Shown here: piece after piece, positions 29,253-39,567 of the stretch
Position numbering within the stretch: position 1 is the first letter of the stretch
How the letters are laid out: each line of letters begins with the position of its first letter
IMG/VR virus record: IMGVR_UViG_3300009408_000009
Origin: an uncultured virus (IMG/VR IMGVR_UViG_3300009408_000009)
Lineage: Duplodnaviria > Heunggongvirae > Uroviricota > Caudoviricetes
Length of the DNA: 64,000 nucleotides
Strand: one strand, 5' to 3'
Program-made: the position numbers and the translations under genes
Notes under the pieces: model-generated
Told to the model about the DNA's origin: nothing
Databases searched by the model: none
Seen by the model: the letters and a program-made list of their open reading frames with translations, nothing else

Positions 29253-29357
29253 AATTGTGTAACTATTTTTATTATAAAGTAATCATTCATGAATGATACT
29301 TGTATTCTTTTTTATAAATATTATTAAAAATTAAATGTTAGTGCAAAAAATGTACTC

Positions 29358-29840
29358 CTAAATATTAAAAAGATAAACTGTTGGGTGTGATTCTACATAT
29401 TTTGTATCGAAGTGCACCCATGTTATAGTCTTTCCAGTTGCAGTATTTATATTTTCAAATCGTAATTTACATGGAAATAAATCAGCATGTTTAACTGCCC
29501 ATGCTCTTACATCATCTGAACTCATTCCTTTAACTTTAAAATCAAAAGCTTTTCCAAGTACATGACCTGATAAATATAATATGTGGTTTATAGTTTTTGT
29601 GTATAAAATATCATTGGTATTAGTTCGTAATCCGCGCTCATCATACATGCCATTCCAATACCAATCATTAATAGTAAAAGGTTTACCTATACCTTTCCTA
29701 AGTATTAATAATGAATGTAAAGTATCAGTATCAAAAAATTGCCATGATGTTTCACCAAATTTATCATATGTTTGTTTATCAACTAATTCAAAATATTCAA
29801 AATATTGTCTAAGATTGTGTTCAATTTCACTTCTAGTCAT
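29358..29840 (-). CDS. Peptidase M15-like endolysin
   Basis: RGLR, SGHVLGKAFD, WVHFD zinc ligands. Confidence 0.75.
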   Translation of the reverse strand: MTRSEIEHNLRQYFEYFELVDKQTYDKFGETSWQFFDTDTLHSLLILRKGIGKPFTINDWYWNGMYDERGLRTNTNDILYTKTINHILYLSGHVLGKAFDFKVKGMSSDDVRAWAVKHADLFPCKLRFENINTATGKTITWVHFDTKYVESHPTVYLFNI

Positions 29841-29874
29841 ATATATACCTAGTTTCTGCTAATTAAATATTATT

Positions 29875-30387
29875 TTAAAATTTAGGAATCAAATTTACTA
29901 AACTAATATTATACAATTTAATTTTATTTTCATCTAAATCTGGTTGGCCGGATCCATCGGGATTAAAGTTTACATCATCATCATCATAATTTTTAGGGAT
30001 AATATGATTTATACTATGCTTATCAGAATATCGCGCGTTGCCAAAATCTTCTAGGTATTCGTCTAAATCTGGCTGACCTGAATCGTTAACATCAAAATTT
30101 ACTTTATCTCCAAAATCTTTTTTATATAAGGCAGTGGTAGGCGAATGTAATGCTGTATCACGACCATCTATTGTAGGATATTCTTTTAATCTTTGTATTA
30201 TTTCTCGTTTAATTCGGTTTGGTAGTTTTGCGCGTTTAGTAGATGCAAAATCTTTCACATCTTTTGGTTTCATTTCTTTAGCAGTATCTTTTACTTTTTT
30301 TGATACTTTGTTTGGATTTATTTCACCTTTTTGTACACCGTGTACAATTCCAAAAAACTTTTGTTGCGCTTTACTTTTACTTGGCAT
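29875..30387 (-). CDS. DUF3008-like protein with a duplicated SGQPDLDE segment
   Basis: MPSKSKAQQKFFG...DFAST. Confidence 0.6.
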   Translation of the reverse strand: MPSKSKAQQKFFGIVHGVQKGEINPNKVSKKVKDTAKEMKPKDVKDFASTKRAKLPNRIKREIIQRLKEYPTIDGRDTALHSPTTALYKKDFGDKVNFDVNDSGQPDLDEYLEDFGNARYSDKHSINHIIPKNYDDDDVNFNPDGSGQPDLDENKIKLYNISLVNLIPKF

Positions 30388-30457
30388 AATGGGTCTTTCT
30401 AATAATTTAAAATATTCATAGTACTTTTATATTCAAAATCTAATTTTTTTAATTTTA

Positions 30458-30748
30458 TCATTTTTTTCTTATATTTGGTGGTATCATGTAATTATTATTA
30501 ATTACGCCTAAACCTTGATTATCTTCACCTCTAATTTCAGAATTAGGATATTTTTTAGCTAATTCTCTATAATACGCAGGGATTAATCCTCAATCTTTTA
30601 TATCAATCTCTTGTTTAATAACCCTGTTGTTCTGTAATACAATAACTGAATATGGTGATTCATATTTACGTATATTTTTCATAATTTTATGCAATTTAGC
30701 TTGATTTGGGCCGTGAGCTTCGTTTAATAAATCTTTTAAATGTATCAT
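30458..30748 (-). pseudogene. Leader-bearing protein (MIHLKDLLNEA) interrupted by an in-frame TGA at 30590-30592
   Basis: Frame continues GLIPAYYRELAKKYPNSEI... for 43 more codons. Confidence 0.6.
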
Positions 30749-30750
30749 AA

Positions 30751-31053
30751 TTATTTCAATTTTTTTAAGATTTTTGATAAATTTAAAGTAAATCCATATC
30801 CAGCTCCTTGATATGTTGGAGCCCAATCAAAATCTAATTTAGTTTGTTCACTAAGGTATGCTAAAATAGATTGAACAATATTATGAGTATCATATTTTGC
30901 AAGTTTTTCAGTTTCTGTCATTGTTTTTGGTAAAAATGTAAAAATTCCATTATATTCATATACAGAAAATAATATTGGTATATCTTTATTTCCTTTAATA
31001 AGAACTTTTATATTTTTACTGCCTTCTAATATTAAATTTTTTAATTGTATCAT
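30751..31053 (-). CDS. Hypothetical protein with MIQLKNLILEG leader
   Basis: ATGA overlap with the upstream gene supports this start. Confidence 0.65.
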   Translation of the reverse strand: MIQLKNLILEGSKNIKVLIKGNKDIPILFSVYEYNGIFTFLPKTMTETEKLAKYDTHNIVQSILAYLSEQTKLDFDWAPTYQGAGYGFTLNLSKILKKLK

Positions 31054-31460
31054 ATTGTTTCTATATCCCATTGTATTCTTTCTAAGGGGGTTTCAGTGCC
31101 GCCTTGTTGCTTTATTTGTTTCTTACCATAATCTATTAATCCATTTTCACTTTTGGCATTATTAGCCATTTCATCCGCGTGCTTCGAACCACCGTTTGAT
31201 GCTACGTCTTTTATCCATTTATTATAACTTCTATTATTCCATTTTGTAGTAGATTTCTTTTGTGATGATTCTTTAGCTTTTTTAATATTTTCTTTTGCTT
31301 GTTTAACTGCATCGTTAATTTCATTATCAGGCCATTCAGCATTTTTAAGAACTTGTCTAATTTTAGCAATCTCACTTTTATTTGTTGATTTAGCAATTTT
31401 AATAATACGGGTATTATCAAACATAGCTTCTCTTATTAAATGTTTTAGTCCTATCATCAT
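31050..31460 (-). CDS. Hypothetical protein with MIGLKHLIREA leader
   Basis: TATTTATA immediately upstream. Confidence 0.7.
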   Translation of the reverse strand: MMIGLKHLIREAMFDNTRIIKIAKSTNKSEIAKIRQVLKNAEWPDNEINDAVKQAKENIKKAKESSQKKSTTKWNNRSYNKWIKDVASNGGSKHADEMANNAKSENGLIDYGKKQIKQQGGTETPLERIQWDIETI

Positions 31461-31463
31461 ACG

Positions 31464-31471
31464 TATAAATA
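31464..31471 (-). promoter_or_regulatory. Putative late promoter TATTTATA (also 17503, 18471, 29313, 32039, 33053, 34557, 41232, 52109)
   Basis: Recurs shortly upstream of minus-strand starts that lack TAnnTTTG; the AT-rich background lowers certainty. Confidence 0.5.
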
Positions 31472-31489
31472 TATAAAATTAATCTTTAC

Positions 31490-32017
31490 CTACTTTATAA
31501 GTTGAATTTTCCAACGAACATCTTTATTTTGTAATATTCGTTTTATTGCTTTCACCTTTTTATCATCATTATCAACAAAATATATTTCATTATAACCATT
31601 ATCATCTATCATTGTTTCGATCCATTTTGTTTCATCTTTTGCTGTTGTTGAATTTAATACTGCTAGAACTATTTTGTTAGAATTGATACCAATATCTTTT
31701 AAATATTGTTGTATTAATCGTTGTGTAGATTGAACTACTAATATATAAATAGGATTTATTCCACTAGATTGTAATAATTTACGAAGCACTTTAGTAACTT
31801 TTTTTAATTTTACTAATTCGTTTATATCTTGAATAACTGAATAATCAACTGTATCATCTGAGGTTGGTTTGTACATTATATATTTGCCTAAAGTTAATTT
31901 TAATCGTGGTCCGTTACTATGAGTTATATAAATGTATGAAAGCGACTTGAATAAATTATTGTTAAACTCAAGCATTCTTAATTTTTTGTTTTTTACAAAT
32001 AAACTTCTTGATATCAT
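31490..32017 (-). CDS. Degenerate HAD-like protein
   Basis: C-terminal IYFVDND-D-K-N-like motif; N-terminal DxD not conserved. Confidence 0.45.
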   Translation of the reverse strand: MISRSLFVKNKKLRMLEFNNNLFKSLSYIYITHSNGPRLKLTLGKYIMYKPTSDDTVDYSVIQDINELVKLKKVTKVLRKLLQSSGINPIYILVVQSTQRLIQQYLKDIGINSNKIVLAVLNSTTAKDETKWIETMIDDNGYNEIYFVDNDDKKVKAIKRILQNKDVRWKIQLIK

Positions 32018-32056
32018 ATTCTTAATTTAGTCAGCATTTATAAATATATAAAAAAT

Positions 32057-32080
32057 ATAAAGAGGGAGCTCCCTCTTTAT
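32057..32080. terminator. Perfect 24-bp palindrome, probable terminator
   Basis: ATAAAGAGGGAGCTCCCTCTTTAT. Confidence 0.65.
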
Positions 32081-32111
32081 TAGTTAACTCGTTTGTTACT
32101 ATTTTATTTTT

Positions 32112-32948
32112 TTAACATTTAGTACCACATTTTGGACAAAATCTATATTGTTTTTTAATTTTACTTCCACATTGAGTGCAATATCTAGTTATGTTAAGAG
32201 TTTCTGATGTTATTTGTTGTTGTGAAATTGGTAATATTTTATAATTAACTGTATGAAATGGAAAATATTCAAATTCATATTGAACATTTGTAAATTTTTG
32301 GTTTGATTCACTACCTTTACCAATCATTCCAGTTTCTATTTTAGATGCTTTCTTCGAAAGAATGCTACTAGACTTAGTTGATAATTGGTTACTATTACTT
32401 ATATTATTTACTGAACTAAAATTTACAGTATTAGTTGTATCTGTAGTAATAGTATCAGTATAATTTAAGTTTCCAGTAAAATTTGTTATATGGCTTGATA
32501 AATACGGAGAATTAGTAGTCCACGTTGAATTACAATTTGTTGTGATGCATGGATAACTATTAAATGGTATATATTGTTTATAAAATTTTACAGTTACACT
32601 ACCATTATTTTCAATAGCCTTTTGAACCGTTTTATTATTACCGTTAACGGTATATGTTTCAAATTTAAATTTTCTAGGCGAATCAAGGTATCTATCTAAA
32701 AATACACGTGTACCTGGTTTTAAAACAAGTCCACCGCCAGATATAGGTTTACCGTTTAAAGAAATCATAGCTTTAATGATATCAGTTGTTGGATTAAATA
32801 GTTCTATTTGAAACTGTTGGCCAGAGTGTAAATAGTAAATTGGGGTTTTTGAATTTGTTGAGGTATATCGTTTTTTTCTGTTGTTGTTAACAGCGATATT
32901 TACTGAAGGCAATTGCACTGTTTGAGTGCTGTTTGAATAATTTTGCAT
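32112..32948 (-). CDS. Protein with a C-terminal double zinc ribbon
   Basis: CTQCG...FCPKCG; Ser/Thr-rich linker. Confidence 0.75.
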   Translation of the reverse strand: MQNYSNSTQTVQLPSVNIAVNNNRKKRYTSTNSKTPIYYLHSGQQFQIELFNPTTDIIKAMISLNGKPISGGGLVLKPGTRVFLDRYLDSPRKFKFETYTVNGNNKTVQKAIENNGSVTVKFYKQYIPFNSYPCITTNCNSTWTTNSPYLSSHITNFTGNLNYTDTITTDTTNTVNFSSVNNISNSNQLSTKSSSILSKKASKIETGMIGKGSESNQKFTNVQYEFEYFPFHTVNYKILPISQQQITSETLNITRYCTQCGSKIKKQYRFCPKCGTKC

Positions 32949-33069
32949 AATTTTAACTTTTTTTATAAAAATGAGGCTAACATTTTTGAAACCAATATGA
33001 TTTCTCTACGGTGTTTTAATACCCAATGCCAACTTCGAGTGAGTTAACTGTATATAAATATATAAAAAT

Positions 33070-33438
33070 TTATTTTTCGTAAAAATATTTCCAATTTTCT
33101 TCTGAATTACGTGCATTTATCTCGTATGGATGGGTAACATAATTATATCCCATATCATAATATCTAGTAAACCACGATTTCGATTGTAAGTAATGTTGAT
33201 ATTCATGTATTAACGAACGTATTAGTAATTCGATAGAATTAACGTTTTTCCAATATATAATAATTTCATTTTCTGAAAATTTATATTCTGCAATCAATTC
33301 TGGATCATCTGCATCTGAATACGGAGAATCTTCAATTAATACATAAGGTGTAGATACATGATGCTTAGAACTACCATACCATTTAGTAATTTTATTAAAA
33401 TAAATATTACTTAAATGTTCGATTTTATATTTATCCAT
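33070..33438 (-). CDS. HEXXH metallopeptidase-like protein
   Basis: LIHEYQHYLQ, HPYE. Confidence 0.65.
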   Translation of the reverse strand: MDKYKIEHLSNIYFNKITKWYGSSKHHVSTPYVLIEDSPYSDADDPELIAEYKFSENEIIIYWKNVNSIELLIRSLIHEYQHYLQSKSWFTRYYDMGYNYVTHPYEINARNSEENWKYFYEK

Positions 33439-33443
33439 AAATA

Positions 33444-34118
33444 TTAAGAGCTAAAAGTTTTTATTGTATGTATAATACTACCTTCGTATTCAGTTTTAAT
33501 AATTGTGTTTTCTAGTTCTGTCCAATCTTCATCTATATGAGTTGCAACTGAACTGAATATTACAATATCATTTTTTTTATCTAAATGCTCTCTATTTAAA
33601 AATCTCATTTTTGAATATTTAACATTTTCAAGTGTATAAAAGTTTTTTAATAATTGATTTGGCATTTTCTTTATATTTAAATCTATTGTACCTTCACGTT
33701 CTGTATCTCGTAACAATTTTCGATAATTATTATCTATTTCAACATCACGGTATCGTATTAACGCATTAACTTTATATTGTGTGTTTTTATGCTGTTCAAA
33801 TATTACTGATACTAATCTGAAGTCAGTTGTTCCGTTAACTCCTATTAATATCAAAAATCTATCTGCTTTTGTCTTTGCGAATATCCTATTTACGCTATCT
33901 TGTATTTCGTTAAATGATTGTAAATTTAATATTTTATCTAATGTTGCTATTTTAAATTCTCGGTCTTGTATTATACTTTTTTGTTTTAAAGATTCATCAG
34001 ATAACACTTGATGTTGTAACATTAATGCTTTTACTTTAACATTAGCGCGGTATGCAATAATGGCGGAAATAATAACCGCAGTAGCGGATATTAAGGCTAC
34101 TATAATTTCTGTATTCAT
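33444..34118 (-). CDS. Membrane-anchored hypothetical protein
   Basis: N-terminal TM followed by a coiled coil. Confidence 0.65.
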   Translation of the reverse strand: MNTEIIVALISATAVIISAIIAYRANVKVKALMLQHQVLSDESLKQKSIIQDREFKIATLDKILNLQSFNEIQDSVNRIFAKTKADRFLILIGVNGTTDFRLVSVIFEQHKNTQYKVNALIRYRDVEIDNNYRKLLRDTEREGTIDLNIKKMPNQLLKNFYTLENVKYSKMRFLNREHLDKKNDIVIFSSVATHIDEDWTELENTIIKTEYEGSIIHTIKTFSS

Positions 34119-34269
34119 ATTTAAAAAACTTTCTTTTTTTTATCAACTCTAATTTAGTGAGTTTAGTTTATTTTTATAATGTGCATTGAATAAATTTAAA
34201 GAGTTGGTGTCCCATTGGAATCGCACAAATTATCCAATTTTATGTTAGTTTTTACTATATATTATGTTT

Positions 34270-34536
34270 TCATGATTTTTGGTCTTTTATTATATCATTT
34301 GCTACTTTTTTCATTTTTGGTATTCCAACCGTTACATATTGCTTTTGATTTCGTTTACTAATTTTATCATATATGTTTGTTATCGCAATTGCTGTAAGTA
34401 AATTAACACGAACGGATTTTTTACTAATGGGATCTTTTATTTGTTTAGCTTGTTTATGTTTAACAATCCATCTCAAATCCTTTATAATCTGTGGTTCATT
34501 TATTGCTTCAGTTAAATATACATTATTAAATTTCAT
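34270..34536 (-). CDS. Hypothetical protein with ...YLTEA leader
   Basis: TATTTATA upstream. Confidence 0.6.
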   Translation of the reverse strand: MKFNNVYLTEAINEPQIIKDLRWIVKHKQAKQIKDPISKKSVRVNLLTAIAITNIYDKISKRNQKQYVTVGIPKMKKVANDIIKDQKS

Positions 34537-34624
34537 TTTAATTGCTTTATGTTACATATAAATATAAAAATTTGTAAATATAACTATATTATTTTAATTA
34601 ATTAAATAAAAAAAATCTAAATGT

Positions 34625-35518
34625 TTAATTTAGATTATTTAATTCTTGTTGAAAATGCTGATACGCTATTTTTTTAAATTCATCTCGTCTATCAATACTT
34701 TTTAGATTATTTGTTATATATTTACTATCGCGATATAGATAGTTTTCACAAACAATTAACCCTTTAAGTTTAAACTGATAGGGATTTATTCGATTTAACC
34801 GTGCTAGTTTTTCAGCACCATACATTATAAAAGTATCCTCCAATCCATAATGTCCAAGCGAGGTTGGCACTCCAATCCTACGTAATAATTTACCAGATAT
34901 ACAAGTGAACCACCCCCCTGCAAATTTAAATGTAGGTTGATTTTTAATAGTATTATGTACGGTTTCTATTGTTATATTACCTTTTATTCCACTATCTATG
35001 TACGGATTATTAGTTTTTTGATAATCTAATGGTTTATTAATAAAATCATCATGCACTAAACAATCCCAAGTAGAATCCCAAACTCTAACTATTTCAGGAG
35101 TTATAATTGAGTATGGATATTTTTCCATAGTTTGTTGAATAGCGGTTTTAAAATATGCTAATGTTCTATCACAAAAAATTATATCTGTATCTAGCCAGAT
35201 AAAATAATCTGCTGTGTTATATATTTTTAATGTATCAGCACGTTGTGATACGCATCCTTTAATTTTATCTGTAATTTTAAATACTGCATTTTTAAATCCG
35301 CAATGTTTACCAATTGTTTTAAATTTTTCTATAAAATATTCTTTTGGTAAACTAGATTCATTCCAAATAACCATATCATCACTTACGTTTAATTTTACAT
35401 CTAAATACCACTCATCTGGATTTTCTAAATATGGAATATTATTACGTAATTGTGTAACGGTTCTTTCTAACTCATCGATTTCACGTGCTAGACAAAATAT
35501 CGATATTACTATTTTCAT
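34625..35518 (-). CDS. Putative GT-A glycosyltransferase
   Basis: FIWLDTDI DxD motif; GHYGLEDT. Confidence 0.65.
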   Translation of the reverse strand: MKIVISIFCLAREIDELERTVTQLRNNIPYLENPDEWYLDVKLNVSDDMVIWNESSLPKEYFIEKFKTIGKHCGFKNAVFKITDKIKGCVSQRADTLKIYNTADYFIWLDTDIIFCDRTLAYFKTAIQQTMEKYPYSIITPEIVRVWDSTWDCLVHDDFINKPLDYQKTNNPYIDSGIKGNITIETVHNTIKNQPTFKFAGGWFTCISGKLLRRIGVPTSLGHYGLEDTFIMYGAEKLARLNRINPYQFKLKGLIVCENYLYRDSKYITNNLKSIDRRDEFKKIAYQHFQQELNNLN

Positions 35519-36312
35519 CTATATTTATTTATTATAGATAATTTTATTCGTGTATCTCTATCGTATTGATGAACTATTGCAAACGGTTCATCGGTTTGTG
35601 TTGTAAATATTCCATCCTTATATTTTGGTGTTGGTTCTAATAATTTATTACCAAACACATTTTTTTTAATAAAAACCGTTCCAAGTTGGGTTACCCCGCC
35701 TTCTTCCTGTTTTACAAATTGTACATTTTCTTTAAAATGATTTAAATTTATTAATATATTATATGCTGCTTGATCAGACAATTGATTTGGATTTGAAGTC
35801 GTTTTACTCCAATGATATATTTCAATAAATAAATCTTTTAATGCTTTTGCATCTGCTATTATTGTACCTGCACAATAAGAAGTTTTGTTTTGTAACCATT
35901 TCCATTCAATAGGAAATGAAGTTCCTGCATTAGTACAAGCCCAATCATCATCTTTAAATACAACACATTCTGAAAATGACATTATTTCTTTTGTTTTATG
36001 AGTTTCAATCCATGAAATAGGATTTCGCTGGAACACCACATCCTTTACGTCTGTCCATATAATTATGTCATCAATATAGTTATCCAAAAGTGAATAAACA
36101 TCTCTAAAACGTTGTATTATAATGTGCTCTTTTAAAACTGAACTATATATTTCCCAACCTTTTATTTTAAGATATTCTACAACTTGGTTTGTTACATCAT
36201 AAACTAACATCAATTTTTTTCCAGTAAACCCTGATTGTTCTATCGATTCAACATACGGTTTAATATCATTAACTGTATATTTAGTTATGCACCCTATTAT
36301 TGTATATTTCAT
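35515..36312 (-). CDS. Putative glycosyltransferase
   Basis: TDVKDVVFQRNP, DQAAYN, IVHQYDR. Confidence 0.7.
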   Translation of the reverse strand: MKYTIIGCITKYTVNDIKPYVESIEQSGFTGKKLMLVYDVTNQVVEYLKIKGWEIYSSVLKEHIIIQRFRDVYSLLDNYIDDIIIWTDVKDVVFQRNPISWIETHKTKEIMSFSECVVFKDDDWACTNAGTSFPIEWKWLQNKTSYCAGTIIADAKALKDLFIEIYHWSKTTSNPNQLSDQAAYNILINLNHFKENVQFVKQEEGGVTQLGTVFIKKNVFGNKLLEPTPKYKDGIFTTQTDEPFAIVHQYDRDTRIKLSIINKYR

Positions 36313-37070
36313 AAGTTTATTAATTTATAATTTTTTAATCCAGTAACTATTTCATATTCTTTCCATGCTGGTACTTCCCATTCTTCACATAACTGATTAT
36401 TTTGGATTATCTCGTATCCATTCAATTGCATTATAAATTGTAGTATATAATCTGCCCAACCTATTATTTTATTGTTTGACATTAAATCATCGTAGGAATC
36501 CCACAAATTATCTTTATGTGTTTCCCATGCTTCTATAAATTCTAATCTATTAAAAATTGTTCCGCCACCTGCTGCATATCCTGGCGAAGATGGGTTGCCA
36601 CCATATTTTTTAATATAGTCTTGGAAGTATGACGGGATTCCATTTGGTCGTTTTCTGCCGGTTGGTGATGGGTCAGTTGGATGAATAGCCATTGAAAAAT
36701 TTGTTGATAATATTGAGATATAATTTAAAATATAATCGTCTTCCTCTAGTAATATCATATATTTAGAATCTGTTTTTTTACATGCGTCATAAATTCCTCG
36801 TACCCATTCAAACGTAGCTTCTCTTGACCAGCATTTTCTGCCAGTCTTTACATTGCCAAAATCTCCACAATATCCTAGTTGGAACTTATTTTTACTATAA
36901 GATGTATTTAGTTCTTGCGATACTACTTTATATTCTGAATGATTTCCATCAAAATCTACATTGATAAATAAATCAGAATCGGGATAAAATTTACGTAATG
37001 TTTTTACAGATGTTCTTCCAGCTTTATAATTTTTAAATGCCCATAGATACCCACTTATTAATTTATTCAT
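36309..37070 (-). CDS. Putative GT-A glycosyltransferase
   Basis: ILLEEDD, GGGTIF. Confidence 0.6.
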   Translation of the reverse strand: MNKLISGYLWAFKNYKAGRTSVKTLRKFYPDSDLFINVDFDGNHSEYKVVSQELNTSYSKNKFQLGYCGDFGNVKTGRKCWSREATFEWVRGIYDACKKTDSKYMILLEEDDYILNYISILSTNFSMAIHPTDPSPTGRKRPNGIPSYFQDYIKKYGGNPSSPGYAAGGGTIFNRLEFIEAWETHKDNLWDSYDDLMSNNKIIGWADYILQFIMQLNGYEIIQNNQLCEEWEVPAWKEYEIVTGLKNYKLINL

Positions 37071-37840
37071 GCTTTAAAGTATTTATTCATTATCGGTAAA
37101 AATACTAGTGTTCCGTTTGGATTTCCATATTCTATTGTACCGTTTGTATCACTACTAAAAATAACACTATGTTCTTGTGTAATATCCATTATTAAAACTC
37201 CATTTTTTCTATATGGTTCTAAAAATAATGCTTGATTTTCCCACATACTAATATAATTTTCTGCAGGATTATATACTAATTGAAAATCAAGATTATAATC
37301 TTGTTTTAGTTTTTGATACATTTTAACATTTATCATACCAGGCGAAATAGCTGCATGGCATTGTACAATTAAATTGGATAGTGTTTTATATGGTTTATGT
37401 GTCCAGTACATAGTAATATAAAATAATTCAGAATATTTATTAAAATATTTTAATAACTCCGATATAGCATCAGAATTATATATTACATAATCATCTTCTG
37501 TTAATATCATGTAATCACATTGATTATTATCTAGTTGCAACACAGAATGCCAACTACAATATGATCCACCAGTGTTTCCTCGCGTAACTATAACTATATT
37601 AGTTCTATTATTTTTTAATTTATATAATTCTGATAGTATTTTTTCTTTATCTACTATGGTATCAAAGGTACATATAATATAAATTTTGTAAGGAATAATA
37701 TTAGAATTATCAATCTTTGCTAATTGAATTCTTACATAAAAAAGCATATCATTTTTATATTGATAATGTGAATAATTTCGCTTACCAAAATATGCAGCTA
37801 TTGTGTATCCTATTTTCGTTTCCATTCCATTTCTAACCAA
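37067..37840 (-). CDS. Putative GT-A glycosyltransferase
   Basis: RGNTGGSY, YMILTEDDY. Confidence 0.6.
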   Translation of the reverse strand: MVRNGMETKIGYTIAAYFGKRNYSHYQYKNDMLFYVRIQLAKIDNSNIIPYKIYIICTFDTIVDKEKILSELYKLKNNRTNIVIVTRGNTGGSYCSWHSVLQLDNNQCDYMILTEDDYVIYNSDAISELLKYFNKYSELFYITMYWTHKPYKTLSNLIVQCHAAISPGMINVKMYQKLKQDYNLDFQLVYNPAENYISMWENQALFLEPYRKNGVLIMDITQEHSVIFSSDTNGTIEYGNPNGTLVFLPIMNKYFKA

Positions 37841-38235
37841 TTATTATTCGTCTTAAACTTTTTTGTTATACCTGTATATTTAAATTCAAGTTGTTCATAC
37901 AGTTTTTTTGCAAAGTTTGTATCTAATACGTATAATCTAGCGTAATTTTTATCTTTTAAATATTCAATGTATGCTTCTTTTGCATATCCCTTACGTCTAT
38001 AATCCATATGAATATCGCAGCCAATAATGTTACCATTTGTTCTAAAATAACCAACTCGCTCGCCAAGTTTGTTTTCTATAATATAGTAGGGATACAATAA
38101 ATTACTGTACCATTCTTTACACTCTGTTAATGTGAATAATGAAGTATTTAATAAAAATTGTCGTGTTGAAGTATGATTTCTAATTTCCAATAAAAATTCT
38201 AAATCATCTTCTGTTAATAATCGTAATGTTACCAT
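37810..38235 (-). CDS. GNAT N-acetyltransferase
   Basis: YRRKGYAK, N-x-A-x2-LY. Confidence 0.8.
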   Translation of the reverse strand: MVTLRLLTEDDLEFLLEIRNHTSTRQFLLNTSLFTLTECKEWYSNLLYPYYIIENKLGERVGYFRTNGNIIGCDIHMDYRRKGYAKEAYIEYLKDKNYARLYVLDTNFAKKLYEQLEFKYTGITKKFKTNNNWLEMEWKRK

Positions 38236-38356
38236 TGTTTATTTAAATTTATTTCTTGATTGTATTAATAACCTATTTTTGTTAAATAAAATTTATTATA
38301 AGTTTCTAAGCGTTATTTCGTTTTTGCATTCATAGTACAGTATTTTTTGAATTTAA

Positions 38357-39556
38357 TTACCAACCTTGTTTTATACAATTTACAATATATTCACATTCTT
38401 CACGTGTTATCCACCAGCCCACGGGTATATTCACGACTTTTCCAATTGTTTTATCCAAATTAGGCAATTCAGTTTTATATTCTGAAACGCATGTGTGTTT
38501 ATCGTTTCGTTCATGTACTTGTGAAACCATTATATTGCATTTTTTCATGTGTTCATAAAATGCCGGTCTATTATCTACAAGTATAGAATATATCCAAAAT
38601 GAAGAATCAAATCCAGGTTCGCGTTCTAATAATGTTACTCCTTTTGTATTTTTTAAATGTTCATCGTAATATTTAGCATTATTTTTATGTTTACTAATAA
38701 TATCATCAGCAAATTTTAAATTTTCAATACCAACGGTTGCATTAACATCATTCATATGAAATTTAAATCCCCATTCTGTAATATTAGCTTCACATCTAAA
38801 ATCGCTTCGGCCTTTTGGACTTCTATCTATACCATACCAGCGTGCTAATTTAGCTCTTTCATATAATTCATTTGTTGGTAAGTGTAATAATCCGCCATCA
38901 ACCGAAGTTATATGTTTTATTGCTTGTAATGAATTCATAAAAATATTACCTGATGCTCCCATTTGTCTACCTTTATATGTAGTTCCAAATGCATGTGCTC
39001 CATCTTCGATTAATCTCGGTCTAAATCCAACTCGGTTTTCAGCTTCTTCTTGAATTTTTTTTATTTTATCTAAATCTAATGGATATCCACCCCAGTGCAC
39101 ACCCATAATTATTTTTGTTTTCTTAGTTATTTTTCTAGCTAAATCACCCAAATCCATATTAAGTGTTTTAGGATCAATATCCACCCATTTTATTTTTAAT
39201 CCATTCGCTAAGATTGGAAAATTAGATGCAGTGCACGTTAACGAAGTAGCTAACACTTCGTCATCAGGTTCTAATCCAGGCCATTTATTTGTTGTAAATG
39301 CTACTCCGTTAAATTCATCCTTTAAATATGACTGTTTACGTTTTAATAGATGAATTGCTAAATGTAATGCAGAGGTGCCAGAGTTTAAAGTTAATATTTT
39401 GTCATGACCAAAATACTGTTGTAATTCTCTTTCAAACTGTTCAACCTTCGGGCCTTGACCTATATATCCACTATCTAGTACTTTACCAACTTCATATTTT
39501 GCAGTTGGACTCATAAATACTTTAAATAACGGAATCATTTTTTTTGTTGTTTTCAT
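38357..39556 (-). CDS. DegT/DnrJ/EryC1/StrS sugar aminotransferase
   Basis: NSGTSALHLA, VHWGG, EDGAH, SLQAIKHITSVDGG. Confidence 0.9.
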   Translation of the reverse strand: MKTTKKMIPLFKVFMSPTAKYEVGKVLDSGYIGQGPKVEQFERELQQYFGHDKILTLNSGTSALHLAIHLLKRKQSYLKDEFNGVAFTTNKWPGLEPDDEVLATSLTCTASNFPILANGLKIKWVDIDPKTLNMDLGDLARKITKKTKIIMGVHWGGYPLDLDKIKKIQEEAENRVGFRPRLIEDGAHAFGTTYKGRQMGASGNIFMNSLQAIKHITSVDGGLLHLPTNELYERAKLARWYGIDRSPKGRSDFRCEANITEWGFKFHMNDVNATVGIENLKFADDIISKHKNNAKYYDEHLKNTKGVTLLEREPGFDSSFWIYSILVDNRPAFYEHMKKCNIMVSQVHERNDKHTCVSEYKTELPNLDKTIGKVVNIPVGWWITREECEYIVNCIKQGW

Positions 39557-39567
39557 ATTTTTAAATT

